In this document: one piece after another, positions 9,919 to 19,287 of the stretch | How the letters are laid out: every line of letters begins with the position of its first letter | Numbering within the stretch: position 1 is the first letter of the stretch | Translations under genes and position numbers: made by a program | The notes under the pieces: model-generated | The model's input: only the letters and a program-made list of their open reading frames with translations | Database searches by the model: none | What the model was told of the DNA's origin: nothing | NCBI GenBank assembly: GCA_041658485.1 | Contig: JBBAAE010000003.1 | Location: 10,300 to 74,299, forward strand | Origin: Minisyncoccota bacterium | GTDB taxonomy: Bacteria; Patescibacteriota; Minisyncoccia; Phycocordibacterales; Phycocordibacteraceae | Reading direction: 5' to 3' | Length of the DNA: 64,000 bases

Positions 9919-11127
9919 ATGCTCTTTAAATACCAAGCAATTGATGCAAGTGGAGCAAAGCAAGAGGGGAGTATTGATGCAATATCCCGTGATGTTGCTA
10001 TTGCTTCGCTCCAGCGTCGCTCACTCACTATCTCAGCAATTGAAGAGTCTGATCCTGAAAAAAAATCTTTGTTGGGCGGTATTACTTTGTTTGAAAGTGT
10101 TACGAATCGCGACATTGTTTTATTGTCACGCCAAATCGCGACATTGTTCGAAGCTCAAGTGTCCGCGCTTCGCGTGTTTCGTCTTCTTGCATCAGAATCT
10201 GAGAAGCCTCTTTTGGGCCGAGTCTTGACTGAGGTAGGAGATGATCTTCAGTCAGGTAGTCCAATATCTAAAGCGTTATCAAAACACCCGAAAGTTTTTA
10301 GTGCATTTTATGTGAACATGGTGAAAGCTGGCGAGGAGTCAGGCAAGCTTGATGAGACATTTCTCTATCTTGCCGATTACCTCGATCGATCATACGAAGT
10401 GATGAGTAAGGCAAAAAATGCACTCATCTATCCCGCCTTTGTTATAGCGACATTTTTTGTAGTTATGATTCTTATGATGACCATGGTCATCCCACGTATT
10501 TCTTCCATTCTTATCGATGCAGGACAAGCAATACCCGTGTACACGCAGGTAGTTATATCTATCAGTAACTTTTTTGTGAACTACGGAGTGTTCCTTCTCA
10601 TACTTCTCGTTGTTGGAGGCATATTTCTTTTCCGCTATGCAGGTACTCCTCAAGGACGCGCATCATTCAGTGCTTTTGAGCTCGCTATTCCCTATGTGGG
10701 CGATTTATACAAGAAGCTTTATCTATCGCGCATCGCTGACAACCTTGCCACGATGCTTGGGTCGGGTATTTCTGTGGTGCAAGCTGTTGACGTGACGGCA
10801 AATGTTGTAGGCAATGCAGTCTATGCAGATATTTTGCAGGAAGTCGCAAATTCAGTGAAGGGAGGAGGTTCAGTATCTGGAGCTCTCGAAAAACGTAAAG
10901 AGGTACCTGGGATTATGGTTGCAATGATGCGCGTCGGTGAAGAGACGGGTGAATTAGGTAGTATCTTAAAGACTCTTGCGAAGTTTTATCAGCGAGAGGT
11001 TTCAACGAGCGTAGATACACTCGTTGGTCTTATTGAGCCAATTATGATTGTGACTTTAGGTTTGGGGGTTGGTATACTGTTGGCATCGGTCTTGGTGCCG
11101 ATCTACAATCTCTCCGCCGCTATTTAA
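9919..11127 (+). CDS. pilC: Type IV pilus platform protein PilC/GspF
   Basis: AGEESGKL, LIYPAFV, VGEETGEL, LIEPIMIV. Confidence 0.93.
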   Translation: MLFKYQAIDASGAKQEGSIDAISRDVAIASLQRRSLTISAIEESDPEKKSLLGGITLFESVTNRDIVLLSRQIATLFEAQVSALRVFRLLASESEKPLLGRVLTEVGDDLQSGSPISKALSKHPKVFSAFYVNMVKAGEESGKLDETFLYLADYLDRSYEVMSKAKNALIYPAFVIATFFVVMILMMTMVIPRISSILIDAGQAIPVYTQVVISISNFFVNYGVFLLILLVVGGIFLFRYAGTPQGRASFSAFELAIPYVGDLYKKLYLSRIADNLATMLGSGISVVQAVDVTANVVGNAVYADILQEVANSVKGGGSVSGALEKRKEVPGIMVAMMRVGEETGELGSILKTLAKFYQREVSTSVDTLVGLIEPIMIVTLGLGVGILLASVLVPIYNLSAAI

Positions 11128-11150
11128 AAGTGTATATTAATATAAATTCC

Positions 11151-11603
11151 ATGAACCTTGCTTCAACAAAACGAGGCTTCACCCTTATCGAACTCCTCGT
11201 TGTTATTGCCATCATCGGTATTCTTTCGTCCGTCGTGTTGGCATCTCTCAACACTGCTCGTTTGAAATCACGCGATGCGCGTCGTATTTCGGACATTAAG
11301 CAGTTGCAAATCGCACTCGCTCTTTATTCTGACTCAAACTCTTCAGCATACCCAACGACACTTGCAGGTCTTGCCCCTACCTACATCGGCGTTGTTCCTA
11401 CTGATCCTGTAGGCAACGTAGCCTATAGATACGCAGCACTTGGTACTGGCGCTTCTTGTACGAATTACCATCTCGGCGCAACCTTTGAAGAGACTACCAA
11501 CCAAGCTCTGACTGGAGACATCGATGCAGCTGCAGGTACCATTTGTACTGGCTCCAGTGCCGACTTTGCAGGTACGGACCCAATCTTTGATGTGAAGCCG
11601 TAG
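11151..11603 (+). CDS. pilA: Major type IV pilin
   Basis: Short leader, G|FTLIELLVVIAIIGILSSVVLASLN.AR.KSRDARR. Confidence 0.88.
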   Translation: MNLASTKRGFTLIELLVVIAIIGILSSVVLASLNTARLKSRDARRISDIKQLQIALALYSDSNSSAYPTTLAGLAPTYIGVVPTDPVGNVAYRYAALGTGASCTNYHLGATFEETTNQALTGDIDAAAGTICTGSSADFAGTDPIFDVKP

Positions 11604-11700
11604 GGAAGCAGGGGATAGCGTTTAGGATATAGGGGTTAGGGAAGAGCCCTGAGTTAGAAGTTCCCCTAAACACTAAACGCTACACCCTAACCCCTGCTCT
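11601..11700. repeat. Inverted heptamer-repeat hairpin between pilin and pilD
   Basis: Left arm AGCAGGGGA TAGCGTT TAGGATA TAGGGGT TAGGGAA; right arm TTCCCCT AAACACT AAACGCT ACACCCT AACCCCT GCT. Confidence 0.8.
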
Positions 11701-11704
11701 CTGT

Positions 11705-12550
11705 ATGCTTGAAGTACTTCTCCCACTTTTTGTGTTTGGTATAGGGCTATGCGTTGGGAGTTTTGTTAATGTTCAAATATTTCGCTTTGGTTTTGGCGAG
11801 CATGCTCGTTCTCGTTCATGTTGTATGGCATGTGACATGCCAATCTCTTGGTATGACCTGATTCCTATTTTCTCATATGTCGCACTGTCAGGCAGGTGTC
11901 GTGCATGTGGAAGCGCGCTTTCAACTCAATATCCATTGATTGAGGGTATAGTTGGATTTCTGTTTTTGGTAGCATTTTTAATAATGCCACCAGTCTTATC
12001 GCTTTGGTCAATTCTGGCATTCACCATGCTCCTTGTTTTTATTGCATCTTTGGTGGCCTTAGTTGTATACGACATACGACACACTTTAGTGCCTATGCCT
12101 TTTATCTATATGCTCGTAGGTTCTGCACTTCTCGCATCTATTTCACAAAGTTTGTTTAGCGATTCGTTTTTTCCACTTATTGATTCTCTTATTGGAGGGG
12201 CAATCTTGTTTGGTGGTTTTTTCGGTATTGTACTTGTTACCCGTGGGCGAGGTATGGGCGTAGGTGATGCGTATGTTGTTGGTGCGGCCGGCCTCTTGCT
12301 CGGACTGTTTCGAGGTATCGAATCAGTTATGTTCGGAGTCTGGTCTGCAACAATTGTTTATTTGATAATTTTTCTTTTATCCTCTATTCATTCAAAAAAA
12401 AGATTGTTGCCTCACGGTGCTCGGGTTACCATGAAAACAGAGTTGCCGTTCGTGCCATTTCTTGCTTTTGGCATTGGCCTCGCTCTCTTCACGACGCTTT
12501 CACCACTCTCACTTGGGTCGTGGCTCGCCAATCTATTATGGTTTCAATAA
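11705..12550 (+). CDS. pilD: Prepilin peptidase
   Basis: GSFVNV, RS.C..C, WYDLIPIFSY...GRCRAC, YD, GMGVGD, LPFVPFL. Confidence 0.92.
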   Translation: MLEVLLPLFVFGIGLCVGSFVNVQIFRFGFGEHARSRSCCMACDMPISWYDLIPIFSYVALSGRCRACGSALSTQYPLIEGIVGFLFLVAFLIMPPVLSLWSILAFTMLLVFIASLVALVVYDIRHTLVPMPFIYMLVGSALLASISQSLFSDSFFPLIDSLIGGAILFGGFFGIVLVTRGRGMGVGDAYVVGAAGLLLGLFRGIESVMFGVWSATIVYLIIFLLSSIHSKKRLLPHGARVTMKTELPFVPFLAFGIGLALFTTLSPLSLGSWLANLLWFQ

Positions 12551-13158
12551 AAAAAAAGCCTTCAGCTTTCAGCCTTCAGCTTTCAGGGGGGATTAAAAAA
12601 TCTTTTGTCGTTCGTGGTTTAACGCTCATTGAGCTTCTTGTAGTGATGGGTATTTTCTCTATCATTTCGCTCGTTGTTCTTGCTAATCACTCTCGCTTCA
12701 ATAGTTCAGTTCTTCTTGGAAGTCTTGCATATGATATTGCGTTATCGATTCGTGAAGCACAGGTGTATGGCTTGTCTGTAAAACAATATGGTAGTAATTT
12801 CCAAGTTGGATACGGTCTCCGTTTTGCCGGTGCATCCTCGTATACATTTTTTGTTGATACAAATGCAAATAAACGCTATGACAGCGGGGTTGATTCAATT
12901 GTGCAGACATTTTCAATTAGTCGTGGCCACACCGTGAAAAGTTTTTGCGGTATCACGGCGAGTGGAGTTCAGGAATGTTCTCCGAGCGGGATTGATCATT
13001 TAGATGTTGTCTTTTTTAGACCTGACCCAGATGCTCTATTTTCTTCCAATACTTCTACCGTGTATTCAAGTGGTCAAATAGTAGTTACATCTCCGACAGG
13101 GGAAACGCGCACCGTTAAAGTTGCTTCAACGGGTCAGATTTCGGTAACAAATCCATGA
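12538..13158 (+). CDS. Minor pilin (FimT/FimU-like) with repeat-encoded leader
   Basis: RG|LTLIELLVVMGI; ATG 12538 overlaps the end of pilD. Confidence 0.8.
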   Translation: MVSIKKKPSAFSLQLSGGIKKSFVVRGLTLIELLVVMGIFSIISLVVLANHSRFNSSVLLGSLAYDIALSIREAQVYGLSVKQYGSNFQVGYGLRFAGASSYTFFVDTNANKRYDSGVDSIVQTFSISRGHTVKSFCGITASGVQECSPSGIDHLDVVFFRPDPDALFSSNTSTVYSSGQIVVTSPTGETRTVKVASTGQISVTNP

Positions 13159-13844
13159 AAAAAACTACGCAAAGCACCTATACGAAAGACCACTCCGGGG
13201 CGTTTGCCCGAGTCTCAGTCTTTCGTATAGGTGCTTTGCTCCGCACGGGTGGAAAGGGAACAGCGCGGGGATTCACTCTGATTGAGATGATGGTTGCGGT
13301 AACAATATTCGCCATTGTTATGATGATTGGGGTTGGTGGGTTATTGTCGCTTGTGGCTACAAACCATCGTGCGCAGGCAATCCATTCAGTCATGAACAAC
13401 CTGAGTGCAGCAGTCGAAGGTATGTCACGATCCATTCGTGTAGGCACCTTATATAATTGTGTTACTTCTGCCACAACACCCCCATCCCCTCCGCCATCTT
13501 CAACAATTGCAAATCCACAAGATTGCGCTTTGGGTGGAGCTCGTCTTCTTGCGTTTGAGTCGTCAACGGGCAATTTGACCGACGCGAATGACCAAGTTGT
13601 CTATCGGTTAAATGGTACACAACTTGAGCGTTCTTTGCGTGGCGGTGCTAACGGTAGTTGGATTGCGATTACTGCGCCCGAAGTTTCAATTGATAGCTTT
13701 GATTTTTATGTTGTTGGCTCAGCGAAAGGAGATGGTATACAGCCCCGTGTTCTTATGCGCATTAAGGGTTCGGCGGTAGTTCCGGGGGGTACAACTACAT
13801 TTACCGTGCAGGCAAGTGTTGTTCAACGCGTTCTTGATATTTAA
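13155..13844 (+). CDS. Minor pilin (PilW-like) with palindrome-encoded leader
   Basis: RG|FTLIEMMVAVTIF after a 39-aa leader. Confidence 0.82.
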   Translation: MKKTTQSTYTKDHSGAFARVSVFRIGALLRTGGKGTARGFTLIEMMVAVTIFAIVMMIGVGGLLSLVATNHRAQAIHSVMNNLSAAVEGMSRSIRVGTLYNCVTSATTPPSPPPSSTIANPQDCALGGARLLAFESSTGNLTDANDQVVYRLNGTQLERSLRGGANGSWIAITAPEVSIDSFDFYVVGSAKGDGIQPRVLMRIKGSAVVPGGTTTFTVQASVVQRVLDI

Positions 13845-13847
13845 TTT

Positions 13848-14414
13848 ATGAAAAACAACCAGCTTTCAGGTTTCAGCTTTCAGCTTTCAGGTTCTAGACA
13901 GGCGAACACAATTCGTGCTTTCACATTAATTGAAACATTTGTTGCAATTACCGTATTGTTAATTTCTCTCGTCGGACCTCTTTCAATTGCGGCACAATCT
14001 CTTCGTCTCGCATATTACGCACGGGATCAAGTGACTGCTTTTTATCTTGCACAGGAAGCGGTGGAATATGTGAGAGCCGAGCGCGATCAAAACTATCTTG
14101 CTAATGCGCCGTGGCTTACTAATCTTGGTGACTGTGTGGGGGCGTCATGCGTGGTTGATTTTCCTCGCTTTACCCACAGTGCATGTGGCGTTCTGAGTAC
14201 CTGCCCTCCTATATATATAAGTAGTGCAACAAAATTATACAATCAGGACGCAACGAGCGGGCCTGCATCAGCCTTTACTAGAGTCCTTTCTATTACGCCA
14301 GTTGTAGGCAGTGTTGATGAAGTAATAGTGAAGGTGAGGATCTCTTGGGTGTCGGTTGGAATCAATAGATCATTTCAGGTTACTGAGCATCTTTTTAATT
14401 GGGCAGGACCATGA
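13848..14414 (+). CDS. Minor pilin (PilV-like)
   Basis: RA|FTLIETFVAITVL, AFYLAQEAVEYVR. Confidence 0.82.
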   Translation: MKNNQLSGFSFQLSGSRQANTIRAFTLIETFVAITVLLISLVGPLSIAAQSLRLAYYARDQVTAFYLAQEAVEYVRAERDQNYLANAPWLTNLGDCVGASCVVDFPRFTHSACGVLSTCPPIYISSATKLYNQDATSGPASAFTRVLSITPVVGSVDEVIVKVRISWVSVGINRSFQVTEHLFNWAGP

Positions 14415-14947
14415 GTATGAAAGAAAAAACAGGTTTCAGGTTTCAGGTTTCAGGTGCGAGTTCATTAACTCCAAAAGCCTTTTCTCGTACCTCACGGGGA
14501 TTCACTCTTTTGCTCGCAGTATTGATTAGTAGCATACTCATTGCTATTGGTTCGGCAATTTTTAATATTCTTTCAAAAGAAATTATTCTTTCGTCGTCAG
14601 GTCGTGAGTCACAATTTGCTTTTTTTGCAGCTGACAGCGGAATCGAGTGCGCTCTCTATTGGGATACAAAACAGAATGCATTTGCAACAACATCAGCACT
14701 CACACAAGTTGCCTGTGGAGGCGGTTTGGCAGACTTAACGCGCACCTCAGGGGGCACTCTACTCCGACCAACATACACAACGGTGTTTTCTTTTCCGCTT
14801 GACGGAGGAGAGGCTAATCCTTGTATTACCGTGACGGTTGCCAAAACCTTTTATCCAACCGAAACAATTATTGCCTCGCAAGGTTACAACACATGCGTTA
14901 CGACGAATCCGCTCCGTCTTGAGCGCGCCATTCGAGTACAGTATTAA
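14411..14947 (+). CDS. Minor pilin (PilX-like, no Glu5)
   Basis: RG|FTLLLAVLI, AFFAADSGIECALY. Confidence 0.82.
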   Translation: MSMKEKTGFRFQVSGASSLTPKAFSRTSRGFTLLLAVLISSILIAIGSAIFNILSKEIILSSSGRESQFAFFAADSGIECALYWDTKQNAFATTSALTQVACGGGLADLTRTSGGTLLRPTYTTVFSFPLDGGEANPCITVTVAKTFYPTETIIASQGYNTCVTTNPLRLERAIRVQY

Positions 14948-14958
14948 TTTTGGAAACT

Positions 14959-15066
14959 ATGGAGTGGAAAAAAGTTACAAAATTTTCGCAGGTGGTAGCT
15001 ATCATTTTATTTGTTGGAGTATTTTTTCTTGGTTTTTATCTTGGGAAAATGTCGGTAAGTGTTTAG
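14959..15066 (+). CDS. 35-aa single-TM microprotein (not in ORF track)
   Basis: MEWKKVTKFSQVVAIILFVGVFFLGFYLGKMSVSV*; its TAG abuts the next ATG. Confidence 0.5.
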   Translation: MEWKKVTKFSQVVAIILFVGVFFLGFYLGKMSVSV

Positions 15067-15324
15067 ATGTCCCACTTTGTTTATATTTTAGAGTGTGCTG
15101 ATACGAGCCTATATATTGGGTCTACTGTTGATTTGGAAAAACGAGTCCATCAGCATAATCATGCCTCATCAGGTGCCCACTATACAAAAATTAGGAGGCC
15201 TGTTGTGCTGAAATACACAGAAATATGCACAAGCTTTGCACAGGCTCGTGCTCGTGAAGCAGAACTGAAAAGACTAACTCGAGAAGAAAAAATTATACTT
15301 ATACACAGGAGTACTGAGAAATGA
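15067..15324 (+). CDS. GIY-YIG nuclease family protein (YhbQ-like)
   Basis: FVYIL.CAD.SLYIG...DLEKR..QHN....GAHYT..RRPV.L. Confidence 0.88.
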   Translation: MSHFVYILECADTSLYIGSTVDLEKRVHQHNHASSGAHYTKIRRPVVLKYTEICTSFAQARAREAELKRLTREEKIILIHRSTEK

Positions 15325-15384
15325 TTGTATAAACGGAAAGAGTTTTAGATACAGCAAAATGAGATTGTAGGGTACCCTGTGTCG

Positions 15385-17052
15385 ATGACGCAGAATGATG
15401 CACTCACGATTTTGAAGACGGGCGCTAATGTTTTTTTGACGGGTGAACCTGGAAGCGGAAAGACTCACACTGTAAATGCATATGTAGCATGGCTTCGAGA
15501 TAAAGGAATTGAACCTGCCATCACCGCATCAACGGGCATTGCAGCGACACACATTGGAGGCATTACATTACACTCTTGGAGTGGTATCGGTATTGCAGAG
15601 CGTTTATCAGAGCAGGATATCGATGCCATTGCGGGGAAAGAACATGTGGCGAGGCGAATAACAAAATCGCGCATACTCATCATTGATGAAATTTCTATGC
15701 TATCGGGAGAAACCTTAGCGCTAGCAGAAGCAGTGGTACGAGAAGTACATCGAAGTCAGGAAGTGTTTGGTGGTATTCAGGTGATTTTTGTTGGTGATTT
15801 TTTTCAACTTCCACCAGTTTCTAAACGAGGTGCTTCGCGGGCATCTTTTGCTTTTGAGTCTGCCGTCTGGAAGGCAGTAAATCCAATTGTTTGTTACCTC
15901 ACTGAACAGCATAGGCAAGAAGATGAAATATTTCTTTCTGCCCTCGCTTCCATTAGGTCGGGCGTTGCTGACGAAGAGACCTTACTGTGTTTTCAAGACA
16001 GAGCGGTGTCTCCGAATGATGTCTCACATAAAATTCCGCGTCTCTTCGCACATAATATGGATGTCGATCGTATTAATGCGGACGCACTTGCCAAACTTAA
16101 AGGTCAGCCGACGGAATTTGCGATGACCGCACAAGGAAGTGACAATCTCGTCCTTGGCCTCAAGCGGGGATGTTTGTCTCCTGAGAAGCTTTTTCTTAAG
16201 AAGGATGCGGTAGTGATGTGTACGAAGAACAATCCGAACATTGGTTTTGCAAATGGTACGCTCGGAGTGGTTATTGGATTTAATGAAGAAAATACGTACC
16301 CAATTATAAAAACAAAAGATGGGCACGTATTTACTGTGGAACCTATGGAATGGGCTGTGGAGCAGGATGGAAAAGTGCGCGCACGAATTACTCAAGTACC
16401 ACTCAGGCTTGCATGGGCAATGACCATACATAAGAGTCAGGGGATGAGTATGGATGCTGCTGCTATAGACCTCTCTCAAGTATTCGAGCATGGGCATGGG
16501 TATGTTGCTCTCTCAAGGGTACGAACTCTCCGAGGGCTTCATCTTCTAGGGTGGAGCGAGCGGGCACTCTTGGTGCACCCGCGAGTGGCTGAACAGGATG
16601 CACAATTTCGTATTAAGTCTGAGGATGCAAGGGCAGTTTTCGAGGAGATGAGTGATGCAGAGCATGCGGGTATGGAAGAAAATTTTATTCGTGCATGCGG
16701 AGGAACACTTGAAGCAGAGAAGAATATTCACACTAAAAAAGAAAAATCCAGCACACTCTCTAAAACACTTATCCTGATACAGGAAGGTCACTCCATCTCT
16801 GATATTGCTAAGATACGATCGTTAAAAGTAGGAACACTTATTGACCATGTTGAAAAAATAGTAGAGCGGGGTTTATGTGAAGTGAATGATATACAAAATA
16901 TTTTTTCGATGAGTATTATAGAGGCCTTGCCGGTTATTCACGAGGTATTTGAGCGGGAAGGATCGGAACGACTTTCTCCGATATTTGAGCATTTTAAGGG
17001 CATGTACTCGTATGAAGATCTTCGTATTGCCCGTCTATTTTTTAAGCAATAG
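15385..17052 (+). CDS. Pif1-family DNA helicase with C-terminal HTH
   Basis: GEPGSGKT, TASTGIAA, IDEISM, GDFFQLPPV, AWAMTIHKSQG, YVALSR. Confidence 0.9.
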   Translation: MTQNDALTILKTGANVFLTGEPGSGKTHTVNAYVAWLRDKGIEPAITASTGIAATHIGGITLHSWSGIGIAERLSEQDIDAIAGKEHVARRITKSRILIIDEISMLSGETLALAEAVVREVHRSQEVFGGIQVIFVGDFFQLPPVSKRGASRASFAFESAVWKAVNPIVCYLTEQHRQEDEIFLSALASIRSGVADEETLLCFQDRAVSPNDVSHKIPRLFAHNMDVDRINADALAKLKGQPTEFAMTAQGSDNLVLGLKRGCLSPEKLFLKKDAVVMCTKNNPNIGFANGTLGVVIGFNEENTYPIIKTKDGHVFTVEPMEWAVEQDGKVRARITQVPLRLAWAMTIHKSQGMSMDAAAIDLSQVFEHGHGYVALSRVRTLRGLHLLGWSERALLVHPRVAEQDAQFRIKSEDARAVFEEMSDAEHAGMEENFIRACGGTLEAEKNIHTKKEKSSTLSKTLILIQEGHSISDIAKIRSLKVGTLIDHVEKIVERGLCEVNDIQNIFSMSIIEALPVIHEVFEREGSERLSPIFEHFKGMYSYEDLRIARLFFKQ

Positions 17053-17105
17053 GCTGTCTATAAGAGGTTTTTTCTATGCGGTAGGCGGTATGTTACGCTA
17101 GAGAA

Positions 17106-17618
17106 ATGATTAAAATAGGACTCATAGCTACTATCGGAGTAGGAATAGTTGTTATTGGTGCAGGATTTCTTTTCTTGCAACCGCAAGCAAAGCCACAGGG
17201 AGTAGCATGTACTATGGAGGCTAAAATCTGCCCAGATGGAAGCGCAGTTGGCCGAGCTGGTCCACAGTGCGAATTTACAGCGTGCCCTACTCCAACAATG
17301 ACTTGGAGTTTTGTTGATGTTGGTGAAGATACAGTGCAGGGAATACCTCATACTGAGGTAATTTTTGCGATGAATGACAAGAAATATAGTGCGGGTACCT
17401 ATGAAGGTAACTGTACGGACATTAAGAATTCAAGTTGGCAGCTTGTGGCAGGTGAGCAGGCAGGCGCCATCTGCTGGTGGGCAGGCGGAGGCACGGAGCT
17501 CGGTGTCTTTGAGGAAGGTGGTCAGTTGGTTATCAAAAAGGGATTGTTAGATGAGGGTGGTGCTGAAACGCCAGGTATTCGTGGTAATTTCGAAACGCTC
17601 TTAAGGCTCGTGCCATAG
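17106..17618 (+). CDS. Membrane-anchored protein with Cys-rich ACTMEAKICPDG motif
   Basis: TM helix, ACTMEAKICPDGSAVGR.GP.CEF..CP, CWWAGGG. Confidence 0.75.
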   Translation: MIKIGLIATIGVGIVVIGAGFLFLQPQAKPQGVACTMEAKICPDGSAVGRAGPQCEFTACPTPTMTWSFVDVGEDTVQGIPHTEVIFAMNDKKYSAGTYEGNCTDIKNSSWQLVAGEQAGAICWWAGGGTELGVFEEGGQLVIKKGLLDEGGAETPGIRGNFETLLRLVP

Positions 17619-17671
17619 TTATTTTTTTGTACCATGGGTTTTTCTATAGTTTTCCAAGTGCGCGTTTGAAT

Positions 17672-19204
17672 ATGAGACATCATCATTACTATTCAGATGG
17701 TTTCGCTATTTTTTTTATTGTGACGCTTGTGGCGTTGATTATGTACTCTGCATTCTCAAATCCGTATGGTCGAATGAGTCGCGTTAAGAATCCATTTGAA
17801 ACAAGACGACAGGGGAGAACCATCGCTCTTCTGAAGCGTTTCAATCTTAAAGTATGTAAGTCCTTCTTTTGGCACGGTTTTGCGTACGCGAAATGTGCGT
17901 GGCATATCGTTTCCAATGTGCATGCTGGTGAGAAAGCAAGGAGCCGAAGTCTCGAGGGTGTTATACGCGATATTCATAAGGTGCGATTTAATCCAAAGAG
18001 GCCCTATTTGATTTCAGGAGATCATTTTAATGTTTTTTATCCAAGGAATCTTGGTGTGTTTTATTATGCAACTCTTGATCCACGAACTGCATTAGGAAAA
18101 AGTGATTGGGAAAATAGACAGAGAATCTACCTTCAAACGGTTGCCTATGCAATCGCTGCATTTACAAAAAATGGCGATTGTACCACCACTATTGTGCCAG
18201 TAGGACCTCGAGCGGTGAGTTGTATAAATATCTATCACTATCCATCAGACGCTCTCTACGGTGTTCTTTTCGGTCTATCTACACTTATCGACAACTCCTT
18301 TTTCGTGAAGCGTTATCCTTTTGAATCAGAAAATAGTTTTGGACTTGAGACAAAGACTGCCGCTGGGAATCTTCTCGAAGAGAATCGTGATGCACTAGCG
18401 CTTCTTATTACGAAATACTACAACCGAGTTTTTGATACGAAAACAGGCTTAATTAAAAAGGATATTCATATTTCATCAGCGAAAGACATCACCGTGCGCA
18501 CGAGTGCGTTTTATGACAATATTATTTTTTGGAAAACATTTATGCTGGCGCGGACATTGGGTATAGAAAATATACCTGCAGTTGATCTCCCTAAGTTAAA
18601 GACCCGTATTCTCGAAACCTACTGGCAAGAGACAGAAGGGTACTTTTTAGAAGATAGCTCCTCTGAAGGGGTAGCGGGAAAATATTACTCCGCAGACTGG
18701 TTGGCTGCATACTTTACTGGATTCTTGGATGTCACAAAGTCTGACGAGAGGCGATATCTTGAGCGCGCAACTCTCTACACAATAAAGGAAGGGATTGATA
18801 TGCCATTTCCTTTGCGGTATCAACAAACCAACAGGGCGTCACGCCAAGTACCCATTGTCCGTCTTTTTGTTGCGTCCTATGGAGGTACCGCTATATGGAG
18901 TTTCTGGGGGGCGGAGTTTATAAAAGTTCTTGTTGCGTTATCTGAATATGATAATCAGCATTTATTCTTAGAGCGTGCTGCACGACATATTGGTGCATAT
19001 TCAAAAAATATGGTTCGTTACTATGGATATCCTGAAACCTACGATACGGCAGGAAATATGCTCCGCACTCCTTTCTATAATAGTGTTCGCCAGACTGGCT
19101 GGGTAGTTGGGTATGAGCAGGCAGTCGCAATGTTTAAATCAATGTCGACCCGATTAGAAGTTGCTAAATCAGATTCTGTTCTTGAGATTGTGGAGACACT
19201 ATGA
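17672..19204 (+). CDS. Membrane-anchored putative (alpha/alpha)6 glycosidase-like protein
   Basis: N-terminal TM helix; F..FYPRN, YPETYD, aromatic-rich helical profile (fold is inferred). Confidence 0.5.
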   Translation: MRHHHYYSDGFAIFFIVTLVALIMYSAFSNPYGRMSRVKNPFETRRQGRTIALLKRFNLKVCKSFFWHGFAYAKCAWHIVSNVHAGEKARSRSLEGVIRDIHKVRFNPKRPYLISGDHFNVFYPRNLGVFYYATLDPRTALGKSDWENRQRIYLQTVAYAIAAFTKNGDCTTTIVPVGPRAVSCINIYHYPSDALYGVLFGLSTLIDNSFFVKRYPFESENSFGLETKTAAGNLLEENRDALALLITKYYNRVFDTKTGLIKKDIHISSAKDITVRTSAFYDNIIFWKTFMLARTLGIENIPAVDLPKLKTRILETYWQETEGYFLEDSSSEGVAGKYYSADWLAAYFTGFLDVTKSDERRYLERATLYTIKEGIDMPFPLRYQQTNRASRQVPIVRLFVASYGGTAIWSFWGAEFIKVLVALSEYDNQHLFLERAARHIGAYSKNMVRYYGYPETYDTAGNMLRTPFYNSVRQTGWVVGYEQAVAMFKSMSTRLEVAKSDSVLEIVETL

Positions 19205-19287
19205 AGAAAAAATCCCTATAATTTACTTCAATCATTAAAAAAAGAAAACGAGGGCTGGTAGCGTAGTCTTCATGTAATAATGAATCC

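Noticed and set aside
11151-14947. Diversity-generating retroelement or pilin silent-cassette system
   Set aside because: No reverse transcriptase, no template/variable repeat pair and no truncated pilin copies were seen in the window.
15067-15324. GIY-YIG protein as the mobiliser of the hairpin elements
   Set aside because: It looks like an ordinary stand-alone YhbQ-type protein and is not flanked by the elements; there is no supporting evidence.
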